DNA from: Escherichia phage A4 | Sequence record: ON286972 | Length of the DNA: 64,000 nucleotides | Reading direction: 5' to 3' (one strand) | The notes under the pieces: generated by a model | The model's input: the letters and a program-made list of their open reading frames with translations, nothing else | What the model was told of the DNA's origin: nothing | Databases searched by the model: none | Program-made: the position numbers and the translations under genes | Shown here: in pieces, positions 51,187 to 61,876 of the stretch | Layout: every line of letters starts with the position of its first letter | How positions within the stretch are numbered: the stretch's first letter is position 1

Positions 51187-51189
51187 TAA

Positions 51190-51216
51190 AAAAGCCCACA
51201 TTAAGTGGGCTTTTTG
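51190..51216. terminator. bidirectional rho-independent terminator between convergent gene blocks
   Basis: hairpin AGCCCAC-ATTA-GTGGGCT flanked by AAAAA and TTTTT. Confidence 0.65.
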
Positions 51217-53241
51217 TTATTTGTGTTTTATGTGTAAAGTGTCTAATATTGTATTGAACAATGATTTAGCAGAAATCATGATTACTTGATCAAAATCTTT
51301 AGTATAAGAAATATTAGCAGTACTGGAAGAATCTTTCACCTCATCCGGTAATGCATCAAACTCTTCTTTTTCCATAATCTTTTCAAGTTCTTCACGAGAA
51401 ATGGCTTTTACGTTTTCAATAGTCCTTAGTTGTATATTATAATCTTTATAATACGAAACTAAGTTCGTTGCGTATGAACCATCTTTAGATGCTGTTCCAG
51501 TAAAATCATAACATCCTGTATCAGTACTAACCCAATCGATTTTCCCTGAACTACCACTATATACACCTTTGTTGAACTTAATGTTAACAACATCACCAAT
51601 AGTTTTCAATATACCACCTTTACATTCATTAAATGCGTTTAATTGATAACTTGTAGTCATATAGAATTTCGGTTCTAATGTAACAGTATCACCTACAGTT
51701 GCTTTCATATCAGAAACACTTAAGAACAATTCATTAAATCCTTTTGAATAAGTCTTGGTAATTGTTGTTCCATCCCTGTTAGTTACTGTGTATTCTAAGT
51801 CCAATTCACAAATACTATTCAATGATAAGTAAGGGATATCAAATTTATCAGTACTAGCATCATAAGGACATCTTGAGGATGGTAGTATACCAGTAGGGTT
51901 TGGTACGTATTGAACTTTTGTTAACTCATACCCGCTTGCATTCGCTGGTGTAACTGTAATAGACGGTGTAGATATTCCTTTCATTCCACAGAAGTATATG
52001 TTATCTGGAAAATCATTTATTACGAAGTCAGTGACAGGAATATCATAAGTATCTTTATCAGTCCAATTAAGAACAACATTAGAACTGGTTGGATCAACAA
52101 TATGTTCACTAGAACCACAGAAATATACTGATTTGGTATTAGTAATCATTAGTAATGTTTTGGATGATGAGTTCAATTCAAGAACATCTTTCACTTCAAG
52201 ACCAGATGGTAATGTCAATGGTAACTTCGTAAATGATGTTAAATCTTGTTCATCTTTAACACCACTAGTCCCCGCCGGAAACTTACCTGAACCATAGAAA
52301 ACACCTTTATTCGTCATGAAATACATGAACGGGGTTGATGTTCCTTTGTCAAATAGTTGAATGTCATCACATGTTAAACCATCAGGTAAATCCACTTTAG
52401 ATGGAGTTCTATAAACACCAGGCTTAATACCACCTTCACCATTACTTACATCACCTAGTACATATAAATCTTTACCTAGTTTCAAGAACATTGATTTATT
52501 TTTAGCACACAAGAATGTATCATATGATTTATCATCAATTGGTAGCTTGGTATATTCGGTGTATGTAGGCATTGAATCATCAATCCACGAACTATCACCA
52601 CTAATGTAAATGTGATTGTTTCTGTCAATATAATATGAATACACATCAGTACTGTTCATATATAAAGCATTTAGTGCATTTGTTTTCACTAAGTGATTGA
52701 ACTTAAGAACTTGTTTTCCATCGTACTTATGGGAGTTGACACCAATATCACCATTTAGGCTACTACCAATTGAATATATATGACCACGTGGTAATAGAAC
52801 TTGAACACCACTTTTGGTTAAATTATATTTGGAGTGCAAGAGATCGTTATATACAACTCTAACTTTCTTAAAGATATCAGTACATTCAATCCACGATTTA
52901 GATGGTGTACCATCCATTCCTATTATTGCCGGATCACCATAATAATAAGCTTTATTTTCATATGATATTTTAAAAGATGATTTACCATCTTTTGTATTAG
53001 CACTGAAGTACACATCTTTACTATCTTTAATTGGATAAGTACTATTCTCTACAAAAGTATTATATGAGATATCGTTGTTAGCACTATTAAGAACAAAAGA
53101 AGTAGATGTACTATTGGACTTATAGACTGCTACGGAAGATGTATCACTGAAATCAATTTTAGTGAACGTATCTTTGTATGTTTCGTTTAATAATCCTACA
53201 TAAAAAACATCAGTGCCATCCATCAGTAACGAATATAGCAT
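51217..53241 (-). CDS. large beta-propeller-like protein with RCC1-type motifs (array member 10, no MLPFVRM leader)
   Basis: 674-aa ORF; motifs such as KDLYVLGDVSNGEGG; start may be the in-frame ATG at 53223. Confidence 0.6.
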   Translation of the reverse strand: MLYSLLMDGTDVFYVGLLNETYKDTFTKIDFSDTSSVAVYKSNSTSTSFVLNSANNDISYNTFVENSTYPIKDSKDVYFSANTKDGKSSFKISYENKAYYYGDPAIIGMDGTPSKSWIECTDIFKKVRVVYNDLLHSKYNLTKSGVQVLLPRGHIYSIGSSLNGDIGVNSHKYDGKQVLKFNHLVKTNALNALYMNSTDVYSYYIDRNNHIYISGDSSWIDDSMPTYTEYTKLPIDDKSYDTFLCAKNKSMFLKLGKDLYVLGDVSNGEGGIKPGVYRTPSKVDLPDGLTCDDIQLFDKGTSTPFMYFMTNKGVFYGSGKFPAGTSGVKDEQDLTSFTKLPLTLPSGLEVKDVLELNSSSKTLLMITNTKSVYFCGSSEHIVDPTSSNVVLNWTDKDTYDIPVTDFVINDFPDNIYFCGMKGISTPSITVTPANASGYELTKVQYVPNPTGILPSSRCPYDASTDKFDIPYLSLNSICELDLEYTVTNRDGTTITKTYSKGFNELFLSVSDMKATVGDTVTLEPKFYMTTSYQLNAFNECKGGILKTIGDVVNIKFNKGVYSGSSGKIDWVSTDTGCYDFTGTASKDGSYATNLVSYYKDYNIQLRTIENVKAISREELEKIMEKEEFDALPDEVKDSSSTANISYTKDFDQVIMISAKSLFNTILDTLHIKHK

Positions 53242-54154
53242 TTCTATTATTACATAAAGAAGTAATATTTTTTACTACTTTATTTGAATTATAGTTTGGT
53301 AACTTCTTTAATCCACGAACAAAATTATCACAAATAATACCAGTACCATAGAAGTTATAATCTTTATCACAGTATATAAATGCTGTATCATATGGTGAAG
53401 TACTTAAATTCTTATAGAATGGGAATGGAGTGAATGTGAATTGTAGAACCTTACGCAATTCCCCTACTGTCTCTGTTGGGAATTGTCTGTTTTTATTATT
53501 ACCAATAAAAACAACTCTATCTGTTAGGAATGTGTACATAATTCCATATGGTTTTACGTACAAATCATTATATCCCAATGATAATTTAGTTGGTGATGTT
53601 AGTGGTCCTGAGTTTATTTTGGTTTGATTAATTGAAAACTCATTAGAATTATAACCAGCCCCATATGTATTACCATTAGTACTTAAATAATATACAGTAG
53701 CTTCCCCTGCTCCAAGAAAAGTCTTTACATCAGTTGCTAACGTTTTTTGGAAAGTTGGATAAAATTTATTATATGTTCCCGTTCCCATCATCAGTTCACC
53801 ATTGCGGTTATGACCACGAGCATATAGAATACCTTTGTCTGTATCTAAGAAGAACATACCATTATATGTTTTGTAAATCTTACCTTTTGTAATATCGAAA
53901 TTGGAAAAATCATCACTAATATCAATGAATATTGTCTCAAGATTATCTTCAAGGGAGTTTAGAGATTTACCACAATACCATACTGAGTTATCTTTTTTAA
54001 CAGCAACACAACCACACGGACTGGCATCAAAATATGTTACATCGGAAAGAACCAGAGATAAGTTCTTTGTACTGCAATAGTTATCCATTGCATATAAATC
54101 GGAATCTTTAAGTATATATACGGAATTCCCAACCGCTTTAATCGAATTTATCAT
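53210..54154 (-). CDS. RCC1-like beta-propeller protein (array member 9, no MLPFVRM leader)
   Basis: track ORF starts TTG at 54244; trimmed to ATG (MINSIK) after GAGGA SD; motif GILYARGHNRNGELMMG. Confidence 0.55.
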   Translation of the reverse strand: MINSIKAVGNSVYILKDSDLYAMDNYCSTKNLSLVLSDVTYFDASPCGCVAVKKDNSVWYCGKSLNSLEDNLETIFIDISDDFSNFDITKGKIYKTYNGMFFLDTDKGILYARGHNRNGELMMGTGTYNKFYPTFQKTLATDVKTFLGAGEATVYYLSTNGNTYGAGYNSNEFSINQTKINSGPLTSPTKLSLGYNDLYVKPYGIMYTFLTDRVVFIGNNKNRQFPTETVGELRKVLQFTFTPFPFYKNLSTSPYDTAFIYCDKDYNFYGTGIICDNFVRGLKKLPNYNSNKVVKNITSLCNNRNAIFVTDGWH

Positions 54155-54373
54155 GTTTATATCCTCATAAATTGATACCAATTCTAATGTATTTACCCAC
54201 TTAAAGTACAAAAAATGATCAATTAAATGGGGAATCTTTAACAAATGAATTCATGATGTACTTGATGAATTGCCCATACCAACGGATTCCTCAGTCCCAG
54301 CATACCACATGGTATTATCGAACTTTTTATCATTGTAGTATCATAACCACACCAAACATCATCAACATTAGTA

Positions 54374-55726
54374 TTACAACAATTGTATTTCTGTGAGTGT
54401 TTGATATGTTGTACCGTTGTACACACCTCTCCAATATACCCTACCTTCAGTACTAACCACTAATAATCCATATGTTGTAAACCCAAGAGTACCACCAACA
54501 TACATAGCATCTTTAATTCGAATACCAATGTCTTCATATGTAAATGAAGCGACTGCTCCCGCTTGCCACGAAGGACTAGCGTAGTAATCACTATAAACAC
54601 CATGTGCTTTATATATTGATGTTGTTCCTGGTTCAAAAATTACAGTTCCACAGTAGTTCATTCGTATTTTAGTACTGGATGAAGTCGGTACATTTATACC
54701 TATGCCATCTTTTATCCCTGTAGTTAGGACGTTAAAACCACCCGCCACACGGTTGACGTCATTCTCACCGATTAAAAACATACCAACGTTGTAGCCCATA
54801 TAATATACACTGCTACTGCCATTCCAGAAAGAAAAACCACCACCATTACCACAGCGATATAGTTGTGAATTTGAGCAGTACATCATACCTTCGTTTGTCG
54901 CATCAAATTCATCTGCTGTTCCTATTGTAGCTACAGTAGTCCACGTTTTAATCACTTGGTTTGTACTAGCTGGTGTTTGTATACCATATCGTATATTATA
55001 TCCCTTACCAACGATTGTACCATCTTCTAATTTAGCATAAAGTACAGGTCTATTACCAACAAAATACATATTATTGTGTGACATGTCTATTGTGCATCTT
55101 AATGAAACTACTTTTTGTGTCAATTGATTATCTTTAGTAAAAGAAGTAAAGTAGTAATCCGATGTTGAGTTGTTTATTAAACCTTGTATTGACAATCCCA
55201 TATACCAGATTTCACCATTGCTGTTTAATGCTGCCAAAATACAACTATATTTTGAAGTGTATGCTGGTGATGTTGTTGAAGTTGCTGGTCCTTTATCATA
55301 TCCACCACAGAATACCATCTCCACAACTTCACCTACGTTCGAAAAATAAGAAGATACATTGATAAAACCATTTGTTATAAAAGGTGCTGTATTCATACTT
55401 GAATGTGTGAATATCCCATTTGCATATACACCACAAAAATGATATGAACCATCATTATCTTGGACTATTATTCCATTTGATAGTAACCAAAAATTGTTTA
55501 CATTTTTTCTTACTAATTCAACTCCTGCACCATTGGTTGGTGTTATACCAAAAGAAACATATTTTGTTTGACCAATACCATATAAATTTCCATTAGTTGC
55601 TAGTATTGCACCAAACCAGTTCCCACCACCATTCCTATCATGACCCATACCAATGGAGTCAAATTTCTTCACAGTAGGGACTTCAACTTTATTCCCATAC
55701 TCTAGCATTCTAACAAAAGGTAACAT
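54374..55726 (-). CDS. RCC1-like beta-propeller protein with MLPFVRMLEYGN leader (array member 8)
   Basis: SD AGGAGG then ATG MLPFVRMLEYGNKVEVP; motif GNLYGIGQTKYVSFG. Confidence 0.7.
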   Translation of the reverse strand: MLPFVRMLEYGNKVEVPTVKKFDSIGMGHDRNGGGNWFGAILATNGNLYGIGQTKYVSFGITPTNGAGVELVRKNVNNFWLLSNGIIVQDNDGSYHFCGVYANGIFTHSSMNTAPFITNGFINVSSYFSNVGEVVEMVFCGGYDKGPATSTTSPAYTSKYSCILAALNSNGEIWYMGLSIQGLINNSTSDYYFTSFTKDNQLTQKVVSLRCTIDMSHNNMYFVGNRPVLYAKLEDGTIVGKGYNIRYGIQTPASTNQVIKTWTTVATIGTADEFDATNEGMMYCSNSQLYRCGNGGGFSFWNGSSSVYYMGYNVGMFLIGENDVNRVAGGFNVLTTGIKDGIGINVPTSSSTKIRMNYCGTVIFEPGTTSIYKAHGVYSDYYASPSWQAGAVASFTYEDIGIRIKDAMYVGGTLGFTTYGLLVVSTEGRVYWRGVYNGTTYQTLTEIQLL

Positions 55727-55801
55727 ATATCCTCCTTTATTCATTATATTATATTTAATCAAAAAAGAAAAGCCAGTACAGAGTACTGGCATTTAAAATA
55801 A
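55727..55801 (-). repeat. conserved intergenic cassette (terminator hairpin GCCAGTAC...GTACTGGC + T-run, AT-rich TATAAT-containing promoter-like segment, AGGAGG SD)
   Basis: minus-strand reading TTTAAATGCCAGTACTCTGTACTGGCTTTTCTTTTTTGATTAAATATAATATAATGAATAAAGGAGGATAT-ATG; recurs 6 times. Confidence 0.65.
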
Positions 55802-56977
55802 TCAAAATGTAGGAAGTTTGAATTCTCTCATAACAGATGAACTGCTTGCAGATACATTATCTGGTGATTTCCCTGCGTAGTATAATTTATTATCAATGAA
55901 CATATACAATGTTGCATCATTTCCTGCTACAAGTGATTCACTTTTCTTAAATTTAACACCACTAGGTAAAATTGCTTCAACAAATGAACCTGATTCTCTT
56001 GTAGTATTATTTGCCAATTGACCATTGTTATTATAACCAGTACTATAAATTTTACCTGAACTATAATATACGAGTCCACGAGTACTAGTGTTTTCTATTC
56101 GAATGAATTCACTATCATCTGGGACTGTAGTTGATAGAACTGGGTTTAACTTATAAGCAGATGATACATTATTATTACCCAATTGACCATAACCTTGAAA
56201 GCCTAGTGTATACATAGGACATGATTCTGGTGTGCCTTTTGTTATAATACCAATATAATTCACACTACAAAAAATGTCTATTGCTTCTGTAATAGGTGTA
56301 CCCTTATATTGAACCCAAGGGAATACATACGATTGTTGCTTACCATTTCCCAAAGTACCGGAAGTTGTTGTCCCAGTACGCCACATTGTATCATCAAGTT
56401 TAATAATCCAGTTAGCTGTCGTTATCGATGAACAGAATTTTTTAACATTATCCACTAAAAATGTAAATTGATTATAATATGATGCAGTGTTTATACCAAA
56501 CTTAGCACCAGTATTATCACCTAACAAATATAAACTATTATCTGTACCTAAAATCAAAGCATAATCATAACCCACGTATATATCTTTAATTCTTGAAATT
56601 CCAAATTGTGTAAAATAGCTTGTACATTCTGTGAATGTTGTTATATTATTGGTTGTATTATTACCTAGCCATTTATCTAAACCACTATAAAAGAATCTAT
56701 CATCATTTGTGCGTATTAGACAAAAAGCGTTCATTGTACTGCACCAAAAATCTTTAACATTGCTATATATTTTTGTCCATTCAGTTACTGCATTAGTATG
56801 ACCTAAACCAAAAATTCCACCATTCTGAAGACCAATAGCCCATATTGAACCATTTTTATCAAGCATCATTGTACATGTATGTGAATAACCACCCGATGGT
56901 GTAACTAATTTAACAAAATTGGGAATATATGGTAAAACTTTATTTCCATAATCCAACATTCTAACAAAAGGTAACAT
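55802..56977 (-). CDS. RCC1-like beta-propeller protein with MLPFVRMLDYGN leader (array member 7)
   Basis: SD AGGAGG + ATG; motifs GSIWAIGLQNGGIFGLG, GKIYSTGYNNNGQLANNT. Confidence 0.7.
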   Translation of the reverse strand: MLPFVRMLDYGNKVLPYIPNFVKLVTPSGGYSHTCTMMLDKNGSIWAIGLQNGGIFGLGHTNAVTEWTKIYSNVKDFWCSTMNAFCLIRTNDDRFFYSGLDKWLGNNTTNNITTFTECTSYFTQFGISRIKDIYVGYDYALILGTDNSLYLLGDNTGAKFGINTASYYNQFTFLVDNVKKFCSSITTANWIIKLDDTMWRTGTTTSGTLGNGKQQSYVFPWVQYKGTPITEAIDIFCSVNYIGIITKGTPESCPMYTLGFQGYGQLGNNNVSSAYKLNPVLSTTVPDDSEFIRIENTSTRGLVYYSSGKIYSTGYNNNGQLANNTTRESGSFVEAILPSGVKFKKSESLVAGNDATLYMFIDNKLYYAGKSPDNVSASSSSVMREFKLPTF

Positions 56978-57048
56978 AATTCCTCCTTTATTCATTATAC
57001 TATATTTAATCAAAAAAGAAATGCCAGCATCAAGTACTGGCATTATTG
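56978..57048 (-). repeat. conserved intergenic terminator/promoter/SD cassette
   Basis: hairpin ATGCCAG...CTGGCAT + T-run + ATATAGTATAATGAATAAAGGAGG. Confidence 0.6.
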
Positions 57049-58239
57049 TTATAGTTGTCTTGGTGTATCAAGTACATATCTATTTGTACTAGGACCACCA
57101 TCATCATACGTTCCGGTTGAATATATATTTTTCATATCAGCAGTTAGAAAAGTACGATACGAACCGCGATATATTTTTATTTTATCATACATAGAATATG
57201 ATATTTCTGCTGGCATTGGACATATAGTAAATCTACCAATAGTAACATTAGAACCAACACCCAACGAACCAGCATAACTACTCGCATTTAAACCAGTTGC
57301 ATATACACCAGTACTCGTAACTAGTATACTAGATTGTGTTGGGTATCCTGTATGAATTGAATACAAAGTTCCAGTTGGTAATGTCGTACTATTGCTCCCT
57401 AATACAGCAAGTGCCGAACTGGTTGTGGTATTGTTACCCCATGCACCATTACTCGCTAAACCACCAACTAGAAACTGACGTGCACCAGTACTTGGATTCT
57501 CAACCAAAGCACTGACTGCACCACTTGAGCATCCAGTGTATTGTAACGTTTTTGTGTATGTTGTACTTGGTTTATATAAAGTATATTCATTAAATGGTGT
57601 CCATGTGGTACTGGTACTTATACCTGACGTACCACCACCAATATATAAATTATTTTGTGTATCAAAAAACATTACACAGTTATTTGTTGACTGTATTTGT
57701 GCAATATCAACATTAGGCGTGACAGCTTTTACAAATGATCCATCTGTTATTTGTTGAGTACTACCAGTACCATCAGCGAATTGTCTAGCCCCACTCCAAC
57801 CAGTACTCCATATTGTATTATTATCCATTAATACCGTAAACCACGTAGTACCTCCATACATCTGTTTAATTGAAGTACTTGAACTTTGCGTGTACAAATT
57901 TTCAATATATTGGTTATAACTTAAAAACGTAGTAGTACTAGTTGGTAAACCAATATGATCACCATATCCACAATAAAAATAATTTGAGTCATTATCTTGT
58001 ACTAACAAAGTTCCTTGTGACACCCAGAAATCTTTAACATTTTCTCTAATTAAGGTCCATGACTTTACTGCATTACTATTTCCTATACCAAACTTCCCAA
58101 AACTATTATTTCCACGTGCGTATAGTTGACCATCCGTATAAAGAACGACAACATCTAAATCAGTTGGTGTTATTTTCTTAATTTGAATAGGGACTGGTGT
58201 TATATTCCCATAATCAAACATTCTAACAAAAGGTAACAT
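57049..58239 (-). CDS. RCC1-like beta-propeller protein with MLPFVRMFDYGN leader (array member 6)
   Basis: SD GGAGGG + ATG; motif GQLYARGNNSFGKFGIG. Confidence 0.7.
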   Translation of the reverse strand: MLPFVRMFDYGNITPVPIQIKKITPTDLDVVVLYTDGQLYARGNNSFGKFGIGNSNAVKSWTLIRENVKDFWVSQGTLLVQDNDSNYFYCGYGDHIGLPTSTTTFLSYNQYIENLYTQSSSTSIKQMYGGTTWFTVLMDNNTIWSTGWSGARQFADGTGSTQQITDGSFVKAVTPNVDIAQIQSTNNCVMFFDTQNNLYIGGGTSGISTSTTWTPFNEYTLYKPSTTYTKTLQYTGCSSGAVSALVENPSTGARQFLVGGLASNGAWGNNTTTSSALAVLGSNSTTLPTGTLYSIHTGYPTQSSILVTSTGVYATGLNASSYAGSLGVGSNVTIGRFTICPMPAEISYSMYDKIKIYRGSYRTFLTADMKNIYSTGTYDDGGPSTNRYVLDTPRQL

Positions 58240-58310
58240 ATTTCCCTCCTTTATTCATTATACTATATTTAATCAAAAAAGAAAAGCCAGTATCAAGTAC
58301 TGGCCTATAT
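58240..58310 (-). repeat. conserved intergenic terminator/promoter/SD cassette
   Basis: same cassette family (GCCAGTACTTGATACTGGC hairpin). Confidence 0.6.
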
Positions 58311-59480
58311 TTAAACTGGTGAATCTAATACAAATTCTAAACTACTAATGCCACCATATGTGACATTTGTCCCTGTGCTATATACAAAATTACCATCAGT
58401 TATATAAGTTCGGTTATACCCACCTGCCATCTGCGACTTACTATAATCAAACCCATCAGGAACGATTGCTTTGGTATATACTAATGCATTATTAGATGTA
58501 CCAATACCTAACATACCAGCTCCTGAAGATTTATTGTAGCCGCAACAATATATACCATCTGTTGTAGCAATAACTTGGTTATAATATGAAGTAATGTTAG
58601 CAATGCTTACTACATCACCGGGTGGCATTAGTGAAGCAGTTTGAACCTCAAATGCTCTATAATCACTGAGAGAACCATTTATCCCATCTGCTTGTGCACC
58701 AAATATTCTCGAACCGCCATTTGCGATGATGGTTTTACCAGTGGGATCAGTACCAATTGCCATTGCCATTGAAGTACTATTCTCCATATAGTACTTGATA
58801 TTAATTGTATTTCTTAAGCTGGTAGGAGCACCATAATATATAGTATATAACTTACCTCCTGAACTTGTAACTGCATTTACTCTTCCTGTATAAAATAGCC
58901 ATCCTTGGTTTGTAACATAACCGTGCATTAAATTACTTGCAAACAATTTAACAGGTAATTGATCTGCTGCGGTCGGAACAGTACTTTTGACGAATTTTCT
59001 AGCAACATTGTTAGTTGTTGTCCCATCACCCAACTGACCATCACCCCCTGCTCCAGTACTCCATATTGTTTGGTCTGTTAGTAATACACTTGTAGTCTGA
59101 TAACTAACTGCTATATCTAATATTGGTAATGTTAACGTATCGAATGTTGGCATAGCAGAAGTCCATATTGATACTGCTGCCCCTGGCATACCAACAGTTG
59201 TTGAACTTCCACTGTACCATATTTCATCATTGCTTTTCTTAATAACTATCGACGTGGCTCCCATCCAAAAATCTTGAACATCAGAAGTGCTAAAAGTCCA
59301 TGTAGTAACAATATTTTTGTGACCTAAACCCAAAAGACCATTTGTATTCTCACCACGCACATATAAATCACCACTGTTTGTTAAAACAGCAACATTATAG
59401 TTGTTAGCTAGTATTTTTTTAATATTTGGTTTAGCAGGTGCAATATTCCCATACTCTAACATTCTTACAAAAGGTAACAT
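58311..59480 (-). CDS. RCC1-like beta-propeller protein with MLPFVRMLEYGN leader (array member 5)
   Basis: track ORF extends upstream into cassette; trimmed to SD-proximal ATG; motif GDLYVRGENTNGLLGLG. Confidence 0.7.
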   Translation of the reverse strand: MLPFVRMLEYGNIAPAKPNIKKILANNYNVAVLTNSGDLYVRGENTNGLLGLGHKNIVTTWTFSTSDVQDFWMGATSIVIKKSNDEIWYSGSSTTVGMPGAAVSIWTSAMPTFDTLTLPILDIAVSYQTTSVLLTDQTIWSTGAGGDGQLGDGTTTNNVARKFVKSTVPTAADQLPVKLFASNLMHGYVTNQGWLFYTGRVNAVTSSGGKLYTIYYGAPTSLRNTINIKYYMENSTSMAMAIGTDPTGKTIIANGGSRIFGAQADGINGSLSDYRAFEVQTASLMPPGDVVSIANITSYYNQVIATTDGIYCCGYNKSSGAGMLGIGTSNNALVYTKAIVPDGFDYSKSQMAGGYNRTYITDGNFVYSTGTNVTYGGISSLEFVLDSPV

Positions 59481-59550
59481 AATTCCTCCTTTATTCATTA
59501 TATTATATTTAATCCAAATAAGAAAGCCAGTATCAAGTACTGGCATTGTG
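59481..59550 (-). repeat. conserved intergenic terminator/promoter/SD cassette
   Basis: same cassette family. Confidence 0.6.
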
Positions 59551-60660
59551 TTATTTCGGTAAATCAATTTTAGTAAAGACTGCAACATCCTCGCTTGCAC
59601 CGGGAATGGCGTAATACGTTCCAGTACTATATACATCTCCATTTTTGGTTAATATTGAAGTCAAACCATCACTAAAAAGAACATCCCTAATCTCACTAAC
59701 TTCAACGGGTAATTGTAAATTTGTAGCACTATATATAGCACCAGTTTGAGAATTGTTTAATCCCAAACCACGGTTCGCCCCAACACCCTTCTGATATGTA
59801 CTGGTAATTACCATTTGTGTAGCAGTATTTAATGCAGGTGAATTCGTCATAAACAACGGAGAACTATTAGGCAAAGTACTTACAGGAACTGCACGGAATG
59901 TAGTCGTACCTGAACTAAGAAAGTTTGGAGTTTGACCACATACGAAATATGATGTACCATTATAGTAATTAAATGCATTACCACCAATCGCTGCATCGAT
60001 TACACCAGAACTACGTAATCCCCAAGTGTTAATTTGTGTTTGGTCCCCTGTACCATGCTGCCCACTGCTATTCCATCCAGAACTATATAGCTTATTATCT
60101 AATGTAATATACATACTATCATTTGCATTAGTCATTACTTTACGCACGTTAGTAGCACATTGAGTTAATGTGTAAATCGATGATGAGCCAATACCTAAAG
60201 AACCACGATATCCATTATCTCCTGCACCATAGAGTACTGAACTAGTGCTAAGTACAAATATTAAACCATTTGTACATACAATATTAGCAATTTCACTCAC
60301 TGGTATAGCATTGGTAAACCAATTAGTCCTTTCAACTAATATAGTACTGTAAGAAGTAGTTGTAGAAGATGAGAACCAGTACGTTTCACCCGATGTCCAT
60401 ATCGTATTATCATTTTTAATAATAACAAGTGTACGACCACCCACGAAAAAATTAGAAACATCTGAACTTACTAATATCCATGAAGATACCGTGTTGTTAT
60501 TACCATTTCCAGATTCACCACCTTGATTTCTACCTATGTAATATAAATCATGTGAATCAGTCAATAAGAATTGACCCTGTGTAGAAGCACCAACTTTAAT
60601 TATATTTTTAGGACCGGGTACAATATTCCCGTACACTAACATTCTTCCAAAAGGTAACAT
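59551..60660 (-). CDS. RCC1-like beta-propeller protein with MLPFGRMLVYGN leader (array member 4)
   Basis: SD AGGAGG + ATG; motifs HDLYYIGRNQGGESGNG, NKLYSSGWNSSGQHGTG. Confidence 0.7.
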   Translation of the reverse strand: MLPFGRMLVYGNIVPGPKNIIKVGASTQGQFLLTDSHDLYYIGRNQGGESGNGNNNTVSSWILVSSDVSNFFVGGRTLVIIKNDNTIWTSGETYWFSSSTTTSYSTILVERTNWFTNAIPVSEIANIVCTNGLIFVLSTSSVLYGAGDNGYRGSLGIGSSSIYTLTQCATNVRKVMTNANDSMYITLDNKLYSSGWNSSGQHGTGDQTQINTWGLRSSGVIDAAIGGNAFNYYNGTSYFVCGQTPNFLSSGTTTFRAVPVSTLPNSSPLFMTNSPALNTATQMVITSTYQKGVGANRGLGLNNSQTGAIYSATNLQLPVEVSEIRDVLFSDGLTSILTKNGDVYSTGTYYAIPGASEDVAVFTKIDLPK

Positions 60661-60733
60661 AATTCCTCCTTTATTCATTATACTATATTTAATACAAAAA
60701 AGAAAAGCCAGTACTCTGTACTGGCATATTACA
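60661..60733 (-). repeat. conserved intergenic terminator/promoter/SD cassette
   Basis: same cassette family (GCCAGTACAGAGTACTGGC hairpin). Confidence 0.6.
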
Positions 60734-61876
60734 TTATTTCCACGGTAGAAGTGAATCAGGAACTCTGGTTGGTACTCTAACGGCTGGAACATTTCCAAGT
60801 TCAGGTAAACCACTCATATACAAATTGTTATTTTCATCAATTATCATTGAATAGAAATTATCAATTACGAAGCCTGAAATTCGTCTTCCTTCTAATGCAT
60901 CAAGAACCATTTCGGTGAAAGTTAGTATATTTTCGGATGTTTGATTAACACCACATGCACCATAGGTATTTCGACCACAAGTATATAACTTATTATTATT
61001 TTTAACAACACATCCATTCCCTTCGTTGTTGGATAAACCACCCACCAACTCTATTTCACCTTGGAATGATAAATTGGGAATTAATGTACTCATTGGTACT
61101 GCTGATACTGTACCTACACCAGCTTGACCATATGCATTTGGTGAAGCAACCTTCACTGAACCATCATTAAGAAATATATATGAAGTACGGTATGTATTTA
61201 CAGCTTGTATAGCATTGGTGATAGTATTGTCTTTTGTAAAACTTAATATATTTGATGTTTTTGTACTACCAGGAGCAACAGTATTTCCTGCATACCAATA
61301 GGAGCCATCATCAAGTACTAACCCAGTACTGAGCAAAGAACAGCCATAACTTTTAACATTTTCTATAGTGCTGTATCTGAACGATGTGACATTAGCTGTT
61401 GACGCGTTACCAAATACACCACCTTCGCCAGAACCACAGTAGAACCATTTTCCATTTTTTAAAAATACACGCAAATTCTGCCCAACAGCAATACCATCAA
61501 TATCATCAGCACTGACACCAAAATCAGTGAAGTACTGGGTTACATCAATCCAAACCCCATTTGTATTTGTTCCGATTTGTGGCATTACTATACTAGCACC
61601 TGTGAACCAAATAGTTCCATCATTCTTAATGGCAATGGAACCAAGAACACCACCCCAGTAACGTTCAATATTATTATTCACACGGGTCCATACGGTGGAT
61701 GATTGTAATGAACCATTACCACCTTGTCCAAATGAAGATGAACCATACCAGTACAAGTCACCATTAACATGCAAATAAAAACGAGTATTATAATTTGCTT
61801 GTAATCTATTTTTAAATAGAGGTTTTGGTTCCGGTGCAATATTCCCGTACTCTAACATTCTAACAAAAGGTAACAT
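60734..61876 (-). CDS. RCC1-like beta-propeller protein with MLPFVRMLEYGN leader (array member 3; near-duplicate of member 2)
   Basis: 380 aa; N-terminus MLPFVRMLEYGNIAPEPKP and C-terminus ...VPTRVPDSLLPWK shared with 61949..63091. Confidence 0.75.
   Translation of the reverse strand: MLPFVRMLEYGNIAPEPKPLFKNRLQANYNTRFYLHVNGDLYWYGSSSFGQGGNGSLQSSTVWTRVNNNIERYWGGVLGSIAIKNDGTIWFTGASIVMPQIGTNTNGVWIDVTQYFTDFGVSADDIDGIAVGQNLRVFLKNGKWFYCGSGEGGVFGNASTANVTSFRYSTIENVKSYGCSLLSTGLVLDDGSYWYAGNTVAPGSTKTSNILSFTKDNTITNAIQAVNTYRTSYIFLNDGSVKVASPNAYGQAGVGTVSAVPMSTLIPNLSFQGEIELVGGLSNNEGNGCVVKNNNKLYTCGRNTYGACGVNQTSENILTFTEMVLDALEGRRISGFVIDNFYSMIIDENNNLYMSGLPELGNVPAVRVPTRVPDSLLPWK

Noticed and set aside
54155-54373. 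Degenerate remnant of another propeller paralog in the 219-bp gap lacking the conserved cassette
   Set aside because: By-eye translation of the minus strand did not give a convincing MLPFVRM or RCC1-motif remnant, so the evidence is too weak to call a pseudogene.
55727-60813. N-terminal extensions of the propeller ORFs in the track (MPVLDAGISFLIKYSIMNKGGI…, MEMYIVLERITPF…, MVYLNLEMFQ…)
   Set aside because: The extensions translate the conserved intergenic terminator/promoter cassette. The SD-proximal ATG giving the conserved MLPFVRM start is far more plausible.
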